Shown here piece after piece: positions 1 through 13,970 of a DNA stretch of 64,000 nt; the stretch's first letter is position 1; every line of letters starts with the position of its first letter. The notes beneath the pieces were generated by a model that made no database searches, was not told where the DNA came from, and worked only from the letters and a program-made list of their open reading frames with translations. This stretch comes from Podarcis erhardii (Eukaryota). The translations under genes were made by a program, and so were the position numbers. The stretch is from assembly GCA_964252035.1 (NCBI GenBank), contig OZ176207.1. One strand, given 5' to 3'.

Positions 1-3000
1 CGAAAACATCTATGGAATCAGACCACTGCCAAAAAGCATAGTCTCATCCTGCACATTAGTCACCCATAGTTGCATGACAATAACAACAAGCCTGGATGGT
101 TATCCCATTCAAGGAATAGCAGTGTTCCGATGTCTCTAATGTGTGAGCACTGATACAATATTTCAGAGATTCTGTTAATGAATTCTAGCTGGTGTGAGAA
201 TTTGCTCTGGATTTTCATCATTATTCTATATGCTTGTCTCTGGGACCCTTGATACTATGTTGTGATGTCATAGTTTTGCCGTTAATTTTTCACATTTGCC
301 TAGCATTTTTCTACCTAATAAGACATGGGAGGAGCAGTCCTTAACAGTTCGTCAGGTGCTTCCCAAGAATGAAGTCTTAATTTGCTTCTGCTCCTAACTG
401 GTTTCTGGTACATACCTATATGCCCAGGACTGGTCTGGCCTCTGAGGAAACTGTGTAGGTCCAATTGCTCTGACTGCCTTCTGATCCAAGGATAAACTCT
501 GTTTTCAAGTTCACTCACATGGTCAGCTGGTGATGAGACCTGTTGGTTTCCCTACACAACAAAAAAACAACCAGTTACATACTAAAACTTACAAGCAAAC
601 ATTTATTTCAACCCTTTAACAGTGTCAATAGGTGTTTAAAGCCTAACAAAGTATTTTGTTTATATTGCAGAAGATCAGAGTTATAGAAGTAGCTTAATTT
701 TTTATTTTCCATGTTAAATTTCACATGAAGCTGGAGTAAGGGCAGCAGAGATTTTGCAGTGCAAACTGCACGTCTTTAAATTCTGCCAGCACAGAGATTA
801 CAAAAGTGCCTTTACTCTCCTTTCTCAATGCAATACATTATGTTGAGCAAATGATATGTAATGTAATCCCATGTTTTGCACACACTGTTTAACAAATGGG
901 CCTTGAGATAGATTGATTTTTTTTCAACGTGGGCGGCCTGTGGGGTGGGCTCTGGATGAACAGAGGCCATACTGACCTCTTTACATTCTCAGCATTCATA
1001 CGTTCTTAAATCATGGGTATGGTAACATAGCTAACAGTTTTAATTTGTGTGTAACAAATGGTATGCTCGCTGAAGAAAAAGTTTCAGAAATAAATCACAT
1101 GCATCTATGTGACAATTTCACTCTGTATCAAGTTTTGCCACACTCTTTGTGTCGTCTGCTGAAAGGCCATGTTTATACATGGTCAACACAGAGCAGTCTT
1201 GTTTGAGAGAGGGACTGTGTGGTGGGGGCAGGGTATTACCACTATGCTTTTACAATACCAGATACTTCTTCTTGTTGTAATTGGCTGCTGGAGCTGTGGA
1301 GCTATAGCTTCTGTTGCCATGTTTATCCTTAATCTAGTTGGGATTGTCCGGAATTGAACCATTCCCTCTGTGGGTGGAATCTGAGCAAAAAAAACGTCAA
1401 GAGGCCTCAGAGTAGTAGGCTGAACCACTGTCCATGTGCCAGATACATATGAGCTAGTGATGATCAATTAGATCAGAGGTCACTAACTTGGTGCCCACAG
1501 GCTTCCATGAAGGCTTCCCATGCTGACCTTGGGCAAGAATTTGGCTTTATTTTTTAAGTAAGTCTCTAAGCCCATTGAAAGAGAATAATGGGACAAAATG
1601 TGCAGCTGCCTTCTCAGTGATTTCTGTGCAATGATAGCAGCATGGCTACCTTTTATATATTTCCTCCATTAGTTGTGGTGGGCTAGTGGAGATTGCTTAG
1701 ACCTGTCTCTTTCCCACCATCTAAGTTTCTTTCTTGACAAGCCGTGACAGACTCTGCCTGCTAATATAAATGCTCCAAAGAAAAACCCTACACAGAATGT
1801 TAACATATTTCCTGAAAAGCAGGAAAAGGCTTAACAAAACAGATCTCATGACAAACAAATTGGGGAAGTACTGCAGTAGTGTTTTTCCAGAGCAGTAAGT
1901 AGCATTTTCCATTTCTTCTTTGTAATATCATACATAGGCTGCTTGGAATTAGGTGACTGTGTCTTGGGTACTGAACAAATTTACCACTGAACTTTTTTTC
2001 TGTACTGTACAAGTGCACAATCAATTTGCCTCCATTTCTTCGTTATGTATACCTCAGTCTTCAGTGTTTAAATTATATCTTACAAAGCCTGTAGTGCACA
2101 TCCTTATATCTTAAGACTATGAGCTTATTGAAATTAAGGGTGTCAACCAGTATATTTTTCAGTGCTTGTCCTTCCCTAATCATATGAAGTTTTAAAAAGG
2201 CATTCATATTAGAGTAGAGATTGTCTGAGACATTGATTCAAAGTTAAGCTTCATTGACTTAAAAATTCACTTTGAAATAGGTAGGACTTCAACATTGATT
2301 CTCCTCTCTCCCAAATTTGAGTAATCTCTCTGCCAGCCAAATACAAAACTGTTGCTTCCAGCTCTTCTCACAATACTCTCCTAGACGAAGCTGTTTCGGG
2401 CCCACCCTAGCAGGTGGGCATGACTTGGATTCCAGCTGCTTGGAATAGCCAACTGCCCATTAGTGTCCATTGCACTTAGACCATACCAAAGTGTAAAGTA
2501 AGGGCCATTTCACATAGCAGCATGACTCATAAATTTTTTTATGATGTGGACACTTGTCCACTAGAAACAGAGTAGCCAGGAGCTATTTCTTAGTAACTGA
2601 GTCTAAAATCCCATATCAGTGGCTATATAATTTCTATAGCATTAGTAGCAATAACTCAGGTGGGACGAGGACAGAGATTTACATCCATTAAAAATCACTT
2701 ATGCCGATAACTCCCTGGTGCTTTGAGACATAATGAAATTTGAGCTAAACATGCAAGAGAAAACAAGGACTCTCTCTTGAGGATAGCTTATTAGGGGTAG
2801 CCAAATGTTCTTAGACTCCAACTCCCATCAACCCCAGCTAGCATAGAGAACAGCCAAGGGTGAGAATTCAAAAATATCTGAAGGCCGGTATTTGGCTACC
2901 CACTGCTTTACAGTGGCATCATCCATAAGAGACAACGCCAGAGAGCAATAGTGTTGTTGTGTTTAGAAGAAACAAACATCTAGCCAGTCCCAGCAACAAT

Positions 3001-4439
3001 TAATGATCAAATATCCCATCTGCCTGATTTTTCTTGCTTCTCCTGTTCATTTTCCCACTGCTCTGTCTGTGGACTTTATAAGTCCCTTATAAAGGCTCTT
3101 AGGCCTGGATAGCAGGGTCACACAGGTGAAACCAGCCACCCTCTGTTGGCAACCACAGAGTTTCTCTCCCCCTCCAGCTCTTCCTTTGGAAACAATTCAT
3201 TTCTGAAGGCTCTCAACCCTCACAGTTGTTGTTCTGGCAGCAGCTCCCATACAAAAGGTCCTAGGCCACACAGTGGGGCCACACAGGTAAAGTCAACCCT
3301 AATGGCAACCAGAGTTTCTCTCCTCTCACAGCAAAAGTTTACCAAATTTTGATTGCTTGATTACTCTTCCTTTTCGCCTTCAGGAGCACCAAAGGCCTAA
3401 TTTGAATTAAAAAATATTAAAACAGTAAATACAGTAAATAAAACTAGCTATACATAACAACACTTTAAAAATTGCTCACAAAAGACACATAGAAACAAGA
3501 GCAAGCACCAACTATATCACAACAGCCTAAATCCAAAAAGTCTACAGTAAGAGTTTTGAATAGATCTGTCACCCAGGGCCAGCTCCTGGTCTGAGAGCAC
3601 AGTGCCCTCTGATAGGCCCTCACCTCTCTTGACAGGCTCTGGTACAGTGGGCTGCAGTAACAACAGCAGTGAGTGGCTACGTCTAGCTGCTGTTTGAATT
3701 TCCCACAATGCCCCAGATTGAAGCTACATCAGGAACATAGACAGACATGAAAACTGCAGCTAGACCCAGCCATCTTGTACTGTTTAATGCACTGGGTTGG
3801 CAAATTAATTTTAAACTGAGGGGCAGTGGGACTTAGGGCAGAGGTCAGCGATGAGCTATTCCGGGGCACTGAGGCCCAACAGTTGCCTAAGGGTGCCAGA
3901 TGCTAACTTTGTTTTTTCCAGCAATGTCCCTTGAGAGACAATTTCATAAACAAGGTGCCCCCGCCCAAAATATACCAGTATTGCTTAGAATGGTGGTGGC
4001 ACCTGAAGAAAGGGAATGGGGTGATGGGGAATAGATGCATTACAGATTATTTGGAAGTACTTAATCCAGGTTGAGAGACTTCACAATTGTCCTTTTTCAG
4101 GATTTATACTAGTGACTTTAGATGCTGATTCCTGAATTTATATTCATCTGTTCCTCCTCTGTTTGGATTTTCAGGAACCATTAATGAAGCCCTGTCAATT
4201 ATTTGGAGACAGCATGATACAACTAGTGGCCTTTGGCTTGGCATAAGTCTTACAAAAGTTAGAGGATAATAATGCATGAGGCAACTTAAAAGCACAGAGA
4301 CTTGCAGTCTGCTCAAAATGTTGAAGTGCTTTGAAAGAATGAAGTGAAATGTCATTCATATATAGACACAGTCCCAGAGAAGGCTGGGCAGGGGGGCAGA
4401 GCCAGTTGCTGCTGCATTTTTTCCCTTCCTCCTCATTCT

Positions 4440-4617
4440 TCTGTGAAGTTGCAGAGTGAGCAGAGCAGGGAGGGTGAATCACAGACCGGGAGCCAATAAA
4501 ACGTTAACTGAGGCAAGGACATTGTGCATAGCTGAACTCTACAAAGTAGAGTCAGGAAGAGAGAGAGAGAAACAGAGAAGCAGAAGCAGACTGATCAGGA
4601 GCTTGTAAAATATCAGC
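4440..4617 (+). promoter_or_regulatory. TUBB6 proximal promoter / 5' UTR with CCAAT box (4493-4497)
   Basis: AGCCAAT about 120 nt upstream of the ATG, followed by a GA-rich leader; TSS not determinable. Confidence 0.45.
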
Positions 4618-4674
4618 ATGAGGGAAATAGTTCATATCCAGGCAGGCCAGTGTGGAAACCAAATTGGAACCAAG
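4618..4674 (+). CDS. TUBB6: Beta-tubulin class V, coding exon 1 (MREIVHIQAGQCGNQIGTK)
   Basis: MREI N-terminus; 57 nt; AAG|GTAAGG donor. Confidence 0.98.
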
Positions 4675-5502
4675 GTAAGGGGAATTATTATTATTATTAA
4701 GTTGTATTTAGTACCCGGTGGTTCCAGTTGTAAATCCTTGTGGTACAGTAGGATTTTCTGTTTTGTGCTATTGGGACCCTCTTTCTTCAGACACCCACCT
4801 GCAAAAAAAGATACTTTTGGAAAAGTATGTTTAATTCATAGTGCCTTAAGAATTTAGGAAGAAAGTGATAAACAATTTTTTTTTCCTCCTAAGAGTTTCA
4901 CTTGTTTTGGAGAGAAGTTTCTTGTTCTGGAGCAAACTTGGATTCTAATTTTGTGTGTGCTCACATAGGCTACAGAGTGGGAAACCACCAAAACGGGAAC
5001 TAAATAGCTCATCTCTTCCACGTTGACCATAAAAGGTTCTGGAAAAAAACAGAAATGAAGGGAGAAAAAAACCCCTGAGGCAGCAGCGGGGTGGGGGTGA
5101 GGGGAATTAACCCAAGCTAGAAATGCTGCTGGAGATTTTATCCGTTTTCTCTGTGGTTTGAAATCTTGATGTGAATCTGCCTAGCTTTTGACCTTATCCC
5201 CCCCCCCACAACCCCACCCTGTATTTTCTCTGCTGTTCAAGCCTACAGCAGGGAGGGGCTCAGAGGAGCAGCCTTCAAACATGCCAAGAATTCGGCAGCT
5301 GTTGCTTCAACACATGCCTCAGAGGCCTGTTCTGTCCCTGCCAAGGATGGGTGGGTTTTGATGACTTGCAATTAGTGGCAGAGATAAAGAGTAAGGGAAA
5401 CACGCATACAGAGTGTGTTTTTTTTTTGGGGGGGGGAGCTATGATGATGACCATCTTCTCAGAGAGTTTGTCTCACTTTTATTTTTCTTTGCCACTCAAA
5501 AG

Positions 5503-5611
5503 TTTTGGGAAGTGATCAGTGATGAACATGGTATCGACCCAGCTGGAGGCTATGTTGGTGACTCACCACTGCAGCTGGAGAGGATCAATGTCTACTACAA
5601 TGAATCATCCT
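5503..5611 (+). CDS. TUBB6: TUBB6 exon 2 ([36 protein letters not shown])
   Basis: 109 nt, canonical beta-tubulin exon size; AG acceptor 5501-5502, GTAAGT donor. Confidence 0.97.
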
Positions 5612-7973
5612 GTAAGTGTACCATTGTTGTCCAAGGGCTAAGCATAATGTGATCTTATGGGAGGAGAAGCAATGAAGAAAGCAAAAAGGTTGCTCAGTTT
5701 CCTCTATGTACTTCATTAAGTGTGTGCATGTGTTGTTCAACCTCAACTGTTACAGTTCTATGCTCACTGCTTACTTTGTTGGCAATAGGAGGGAGGTAAA
5801 TTAGAAAGAGTGTGTGAACTACAGTTCCCAGCATCCTCAGCAAGCTTTACCAATGGCCAGGGATGATTGGAACTGTATTCATTAACATCTGGCAGGCCAG
5901 AGGTTCCCCACATGTGGCACAGAAACACAAAAAACTGGTACTTGGACACATAATTCAGCGTATTTTATTTCAAAATTTGAAACGAAACTTTAAAAACAAA
6001 TGGAAGATATGCGAAGATTGACTTGAAAGTGCTTTGAGCAAACTGGAGTGGAATCCCACAAGGAATAGGAGGAAAGGGGAACTAGATTTTTAGTGGGCCG
6101 GAGGACAGTCTCAGTGTGCTGTACTGCACTTTGCCCCCCCCCCCCAAGTAGAATAAAAGATATGCTAATTTCCTGGCTTTTTATTTTCTTGCATAGAGCA
6201 GAAACACAAGCAACTTAAGGAGACATCAGTTTCACCATGATCCTCCCTTTGCTAGCTGTATGCTGAAGGGCTGACCTCATTGCTTTGTATTTGTGCTCAG
6301 AGTATTGCAGTCTTCTGTTTTGTAGAGGCCTTCAGCTTCCACAGTCATGGGAAAGCTTTTCCCTGTCCCACAGAAACCTGTGTAGATTGTCTGGTTCTAA
6401 GTCTCGCTGTCGATACTTAATTTGTAAAGAGAGAAGAGCCCATTACTTAAACACTTTGCTTCCCACTTCGGTCCCAGATATGAAGGATGAGGTGATTAGT
6501 CACTCAAGGTGCTTTAAGACTGGTGGTGTTTAGTACTATAGTTCCCTGTTCTTCTGCTGAATCCTACATATGGAATTGCTAATGACTTTCTACACATTGG
6601 AGGATATGGTGCTCTGAGTGGTCTATCCAGCTGTGTTCCATCTACACTACTGGGCATAACATAACTTGTATGGGTGAGGTGAATGGAAAGTTCAATTGAG
6701 CATGTCATTTTAGCAGCATGGCTTTTAAAAATAAAAATGTGAAATTATTCAGTATACAGTAACACTGCTTAATTTAAGCACACTTGTGCAACTAACTTAG
6801 CAGAACATGCTTCTAAAATGGCGTTGACGGGAAAGGCAGCATATTAAAAAACGAACTTCTCAATTTGCACTAAAACACTTCTTTCATATAAGCACTGATG
6901 CTGCTGACTAGAAAGCTTAATAGCGAAGATGTGCTAAAGCATAGATGCATATCAGGCTCAAGTGCCTGATGCACTGCACATGTCAAACCTAGACGTCTTT
7001 TTAAAATAATACAGAATCATAACACTAGGGCAATCTGCACCTGCAGATATTGCGGTACTGCTCTGTTTTATGTTTTTTAAAGTAGGTTTTTGATATTTGA
7101 CAAATAGTGGAAGAATTATGGGGAAAACACAGGACAATGATTTCATGATAACATCACACAGATGCCCTGTAAAAAGCAACAAAAACTAATGAATTTACTA
7201 TGGTGTAAGCCTTAACTGACTATAGTTCATTTTGTAAGATGCATCCATTGGCAGGTATAGAAACAAAGAACTGTAGAGGAAAATAACGTAAGCAGCCATG
7301 AGGTTAGAAATAAATGAAATGCAAAAAATCCAACGCAAATGCCTGGTGTGGAAGCACCTTCTCATATAAAATGAAAGTTCTTTTCCACATGTATATAAGC
7401 AGAACTTGAATCTTCTTCACCTTCCAAAGGATAAGCCTTGGTACTGAACATCTGAGCCCTTGCTCAGTTTAAAGACTGCTTGTTATAAGGGTTATAGTGA
7501 GCACATGATCCTGTTCAGCTCCAACTTTTAATTTAACGAGTTCCAAGCACTTTTGCCTTTTGATTCAGGAAAGTTCATGGAGGACAAAGTTTGCAGCACC
7601 AGCTAAGCCGTGATTCACTAACAGCAGTTCCCTAAAAGCCAGGAACCATTGTCCCAGCCCAATAGCATAAAATCCTGCCATTCTTTACAAATACGAGCAT
7701 GTTAAGCGTTTATCCTGGATGCATTCCAGACTGGGTGGTTCATTCTCTTTCGACTAAAGACTTCCAACACTTTTGGTTGGGTTAGGCCTGCCACCTCCCC
7801 TCCTTCCATTTCTGGCTGATCAGTGCTACATAGTGCCTGTTATATTTATCTGTTCTAATCCCCCTGCAGTTCGCAGCATTGTTAGCAGATAGGAAGGGAG
7901 AAAGCAACTTTCCAGTCATGGTGGGGCCTGGTATAAGAGATAACAGTGGGACTATCCCTCCTCTTTACATCTG

Positions 7974-8196
7974 CAGTGGTACCTCTGGTTAAGAACTTAA
8001 TTTGTTCCAGAGGTCCGTTTTTAACCTGAAACTGTTCTTAACCTGAGGGTACTAAGCTAATGGGGCCTCCCGCTGCTGCCGCGCCACTGCTGCGCAATTT
8101 CTGTTCTCATCCTGAAGCAAAGTTCTTAACCCGAGGTACTATTTCTGGGTTAGCGGCATCTATAACCTAAAGCGTCTGTAACCCGAGGTACCACTG
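7974..8196. mobile_element. Tc1/mariner-pogo (Tigger-like) MITE family A, copy 1
   Basis: TIR CAGTGGTACCTC(G/T)GGTTA; TA on the right flank. Confidence 0.9.
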
Positions 8197-9326
8197 TAGT
8201 TGTTTAAAAGAGTCACAGAAACTCACCTATGCTTGCTAGAGTAACTTTAGGGGTTGACACAAGTAGGGAAGCAAAGGGCTAATACAGGCAAGGGAAACCC
8301 TTGACCCACCCCTCACCCCGCAGATATGACTGAACTATAGCTTCTTATTTGCCTTAGCAAGCATAGGCAGTGGCCAGGAATAAGGGGAGTTGTAGTCCAG
8401 CAATATCTAGAGGGCTACTGATTCTTCATCGCTTATTTGTGAGTGTGAGTCCCAACCATATATATTCGGGAACAAGCCCCATTGAACACAGTGGGATATA
8501 CTTCTGAGTATTGCCCATTGCTAATGGAAACATGATAGTGTTTTCCTGTTCCCGTATGTACAATTTTCTACCTAGCAGAACAAAATTAAATACTTTTAAT
8601 GTTAATTTCCTAACAAATGTATTTATAATGGCTTCCGTTACCCCCTGACTATTGGCTATTCTGGTTGAGCCGATTGGAGTAGGAATCCCACAACATCTGC
8701 AGGGCCAGTGGATCCCCATCCCTGCCTCAGGATATGTTTACAACCAGTGTCCTTTATCACATGTCCTTTCATTTCAGTTTTAAAATTGTTGTCCCCGTAC
8801 TAATCTCCATGTTTCCTCTGTATGTGTACTTCTTCCTCTCTAGATTGTGGGCTCATGTTTTCTATTGTTTTGTTTCAAAAATAGCACCAGCTTGTAGAGT
8901 TATATTCAGGTACCTATAAACTTGCTAAGAACTTTAATATGATATGCAAACAAGGGATTACGGGTGGGGTGTGTGTGTGAAGAAAGTGATCCAGGGGCTT
9001 GTAAAGTTGCTGCATTGTACAGAATGGAAAGAGCATCCTCTGTCACCAAAACAACTAAGCAAATTCCATGTGGTGAATGTGAACAAGATCAGCTGGTAAT
9101 AAAGACTTTGACAATAAAGGAAAAGGGTCATGCCAATGGTCACAATAAGGGACATTATGTTATATTTTCCCAAACATTTGTGGGGAAGTAGAGGTATACA
9201 TTAAACTGAGCTACTAGAAACACAGTGATAAATAATTATATTTATGTATGTGTATGCGATAAATATGTGGCAAGCAATTGTAATAAATTAAATCCCAAAG
9301 CAAGATGCATTTCATTTTTCTTATAG

Positions 9327-9437
9327 CTCAGAAATATGTGCCCAGAGCAATCTTGGTGGACTTGGAGCCTGGAACCATGGACAGTGTGCGGTCTGGTCCA
9401 TTTGGACAACTCTTTCGGCCTGATAATTTCATCTTTG
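9327..9437 (+). CDS. TUBB6: TUBB6 exon 3 ([37 protein letters not shown])
   Basis: 111 nt; ttatag acceptor, G|GTATGT donor; phases match neighbours. Confidence 0.97.
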
Positions 9438-10349
9438 GTATGTATATGATTGTCTGTTACAAATGCTGGCTAAACTTACCAAGTAGATTATGTTGGAATT
9501 TGGCAAAGTGCAGAAATAAATTGTTTCTTTCTTTCAACTGCTGGTTGAAAGAATAAAGAAACTTATTACTCCTGGCAAACAAGCCGTTCTGGGCACAAGC
9601 TCATATGGCCTTTATGGAGCCATGAGGTTAACAAAAAGGTCTAATACTAACTGATGGGAGGGTGGAGAGGAAGCAAGTAAAGCCTGAGGAAAACAATCTG
9701 TAGGTGGTGACTTAAGAAGGAATAAGCAAGGGAAGACTATGTTGCCTTTCTGTCTCTCATCCCCATCGGGTCAGGTAACCTATTGCAAGTACTGCTGCTT
9801 TCCTTCTAACAGATGATGAAAACAGGAAGGAAAATGTAAATCAGGGTGGGAAAACTGTGACTTCTCAGATGTTGTTGAACTCATCATCCCTGCTTCATTG
9901 GCCATGCTGGTTTAGGCTGATGGGAATTAAAGCCCCAAAACATCTGGAGTGTCACAGTTCCCCACTCTGAGGTAACCCTTGTTTACAGGCAGTTTGGGCC
10001 AATGTCTCACTCTAAGTCAGAAAAGGGCACGTGACCCACAAGTTACAGGCAGATTGCCAGTGCATTTCTATGTGACTTTACTGGAATCTTTTACAAAAAT
10101 GAAGTAGTGGGCTCTAAATTATAAATTTAGAGAGTCATATGTGTCGGTCTTTAAAAAGTGCAAGGAGAACGAGGGATCCACAGACTAAGTTTATCTGTGA
10201 TTGGAAAATAAGTGGTCCTGTTAAAGTGTGGGTCTATGAGGTAATCTCTTTTGTAAATAATATTTTTTTATTAAAAATGTCTGTGTAAATGATTACAGAT
10301 TTATGGAGTGCTTTTGGACATGCTGAAAGCAACACCTTGGTTTTAAATG

Positions 10350-10578
10350 TAGTCATACCTCATGTTGTGTCTGCTTCAGGTTACGTGTTTTCATGTTGCG
10401 TCCTGCGGCAACCTGGAAGTACTGGAAAAGGTTACTTCTGGGTTTCGCTGCTCGCACATGCACAGAAGTGCTAAATCGGGCCCTGTGCATGCGCAGATGC
10501 GGCGCTTCGGCTTGCGTTAGTTCCATGTTACAGATGGGTCTCCGGACTGGATCCTGTCCATAACACGAGGTTCCACTG
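10350..10578. mobile_element. Tigger-like MITE family C
   Basis: Ends (T)AGTCATACCTC...GAGGTTCCACTG-TA. Confidence 0.75.
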
Positions 10579-10773
10579 TAGTCAGAACAGTGCAGCATTT
10601 TATGTTATTTCTGTGGTGCCATCATGTCACTATGTACTTGAGGAACATGTGGAATGTTTTGGACATTTTGGACACATTTGGCAGTTAAATGAGCTCTCGG
10701 TGTAACTCTGTTTAAAAGTTTCCCACAAACTCTATGCTTAAATGCATACAGTGGATAAATATGAGTATTTTGA

Positions 10774-11901
<1,128 letters not shown>

Positions 11902-12201
11902 AGTCTATCAAATGCTGTTCTAAAAATGATTAAGTCTGAATAGCTAGCTCTAGTTTTAATCTTTTCCAGGATAGTAAAGGATATAACAGACTTATTTTTC
12001 AGGACTATATTGTTTTCCTCAAACTGTGAATCAGAAAAATCACCTTAGGCTGCAATCTTAAGCACAGTTACTTGAAAGTGAGTGTTGATACCAGCAGGAC
12101 TTGCATCATCAAAGTAAATGTGTTTTGCAGTGTTAGTGAGGCTTTTGAGTGCTATTCTGTACTAAGTATATAGTATTGAGTTGCTGGGAACAAACTCTGT
12201 T

Positions 12202-12207
12202 AATAAA
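12202..12207 (+). terminator. Probable TUBB6 polyadenylation signal
   Basis: AATAAA about 300 nt after the stop codon. Confidence 0.65.
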
Positions 12208-13502
12208 AGGAATGGAAAAAGTCTAATATTTCATATATTAAATGCATATAAATGAATGCGCAAGCATGGACATTTAAAGACTAAAAAACACACTATTTCC
12301 TTACACTAGTAGCTGGGAGAATGTCAAACCTCACACAATTTTATGATAGAATCCGTGTCCTTCACTGGGGTTGAAAAAGCTTTGCGTCTGCATCACACAT
12401 TCTGTGTTGAATCAATCAGAAGTGTTCTGCTTCTCCATTCATTTAAAATATTGAGTTGGCATAGTTAAACGGTTAGATCTTTCATTCAAGTGCACATGCC
12501 CCCACATAACTTTTCTCACTCCTGTGCCTTTCACAAGTACTGTCAGTTCACACAGGGTGATTCTGAACCAAAAGGCTGAACAAGTGCTCTGTGTGAATCA
12601 AGTGTGAGCCTTCCAATACTTGCCAGAATTCTCTGGGGCAGAGGCAGGGGTTGTATGAGAGACTTGTCATCACAGAAAGCTTTGAGACCTCCATATTGAC
12701 AAGCTAACAAACGTGATACTTTCCTGCGTAGGAAGCATTTGCCCTTTCATTTTCATTCTCCATTTTTGTTTTGTTGACTGTGTTGCCAAGATATACATGC
12801 AAATTCCCCCTTCCCTCTTAAGAGACTTAATTATGCCTTGCAACAAATTTACTCACAGAATCATGTTATTTCATGTCTGGATATTTCCTTCTCTTCAACA
12901 TTCTCAAGCCTCATCCACTTCCCCCAACTACAGCAGTTGAGCAAACAAGTGTATGAACAGACCTCCCATTTGTTGAGCTTGTTCTCCAATTTAAAAATGT
13001 TTAAAACTTGGAAGTATAGTATGAACCTTAAACATCCCACCTGCAGTGTCAGGAATTTCATAGCAAAATCCTATGCATGTCAACTCAAAAGCCCAACTGA
13101 GGTCAATAGAGACTTATTCCAGGCAGGAGTGCCTAGAGATGCAGGGTTCAGAACTTGCAGTAATACAGAGAAGCGTATGAAAAGTAAATTGAATAGCTGG
13201 TTAGAATGCTCAGGTACAGCTGAGGGTTATTACATACACGTTTGCTGCTGCTCTTCAGAGAGCTACTTCTGGGTTTTAGAAAATATAAGAACTGGAAAAC
13301 ACAGTGGTGGCCTGTCACTAAGGGCAAATAGGACGCTTCCTCATAAATATGACTGCCTTCAGACAGCTCTTACCTGCCTGCCTTCTTACTTAGCAATCAG
13401 TCAGGTGGCTCCTGCCTTTTACTGGTTCTGGGTCCAGCTACAGTGGTCTCTCTGCCTTCTACCCTACCAATGGGCACCAACCAGCATTGGGGAAACACTA
13501 AT

Positions 13503-13970
13503 GATAGATAGATAGATAGATAAATAATTTATTATTTATACCCCACCCATCTGGCTGGGTTTTCCCAGCCACTCTGGGTGGCTCCCAAAAGAATATTAAA
13601 AGCATGATAAAACAACAAACATTTAAAGCTTCCCTAAACAGATGTCTACTAAAAGTCAGATAATTATTTCCTTGACATCTGATGGGAGGGTGTTCCACGG
13701 GGCAGGCACCACTACTGAGAAGGCCCTCGGTTCCCTGTAAGCTCACTTCTCACAGTGAGGGAACCACCAGAAGGCCCTCGGCACTGGACCTCAGTGTCTG
13801 GGCTGAATGATGGGGGTGGAGACGCTCCTTCAGGTACACAGGGCGGAGGTCATTTAGGGCTTTAAAGGTCAGCACCAACACTTTGAATTGTGCTCGGAAA
13901 AGTACTGGGAGCCAATGTAGGTCTTTAAGGACTGGTGTTATATAGTCTCAGTGGCCACTCCCAGTCACCA
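13503..13970 (-). mobile_element. L2 LINE 3' fragment with (GATA)n/AT-rich tail
   Basis: Typical lacertid L2 3' end (TATACCCCACCCATCTGGCTGGG on +) followed by ORF2 remnant. Confidence 0.75.

Noticed and set aside
1457-1526. GTGATGA...CTGA spaced like a C/D snoRNA
   Set aside because: No terminal stem, no rRNA antisense element I can recognise, and no evident host intron
1690-1810. Minus-strand hydrophobic mini-ORF MLTFCVGFFFGAFILAGRVCHGLSRKKLRWW
   Set aside because: Signal-peptide-like, but the donor is poor (AG|GTCTAA) and joining it to the 1380 exon stops after 17 codons; insufficient support
1-4300. CIDEA, the expected upstream neighbour by synteny
   Set aside because: No CIDE-N or CIDE-C peptide found in any frame; presumably outside the window
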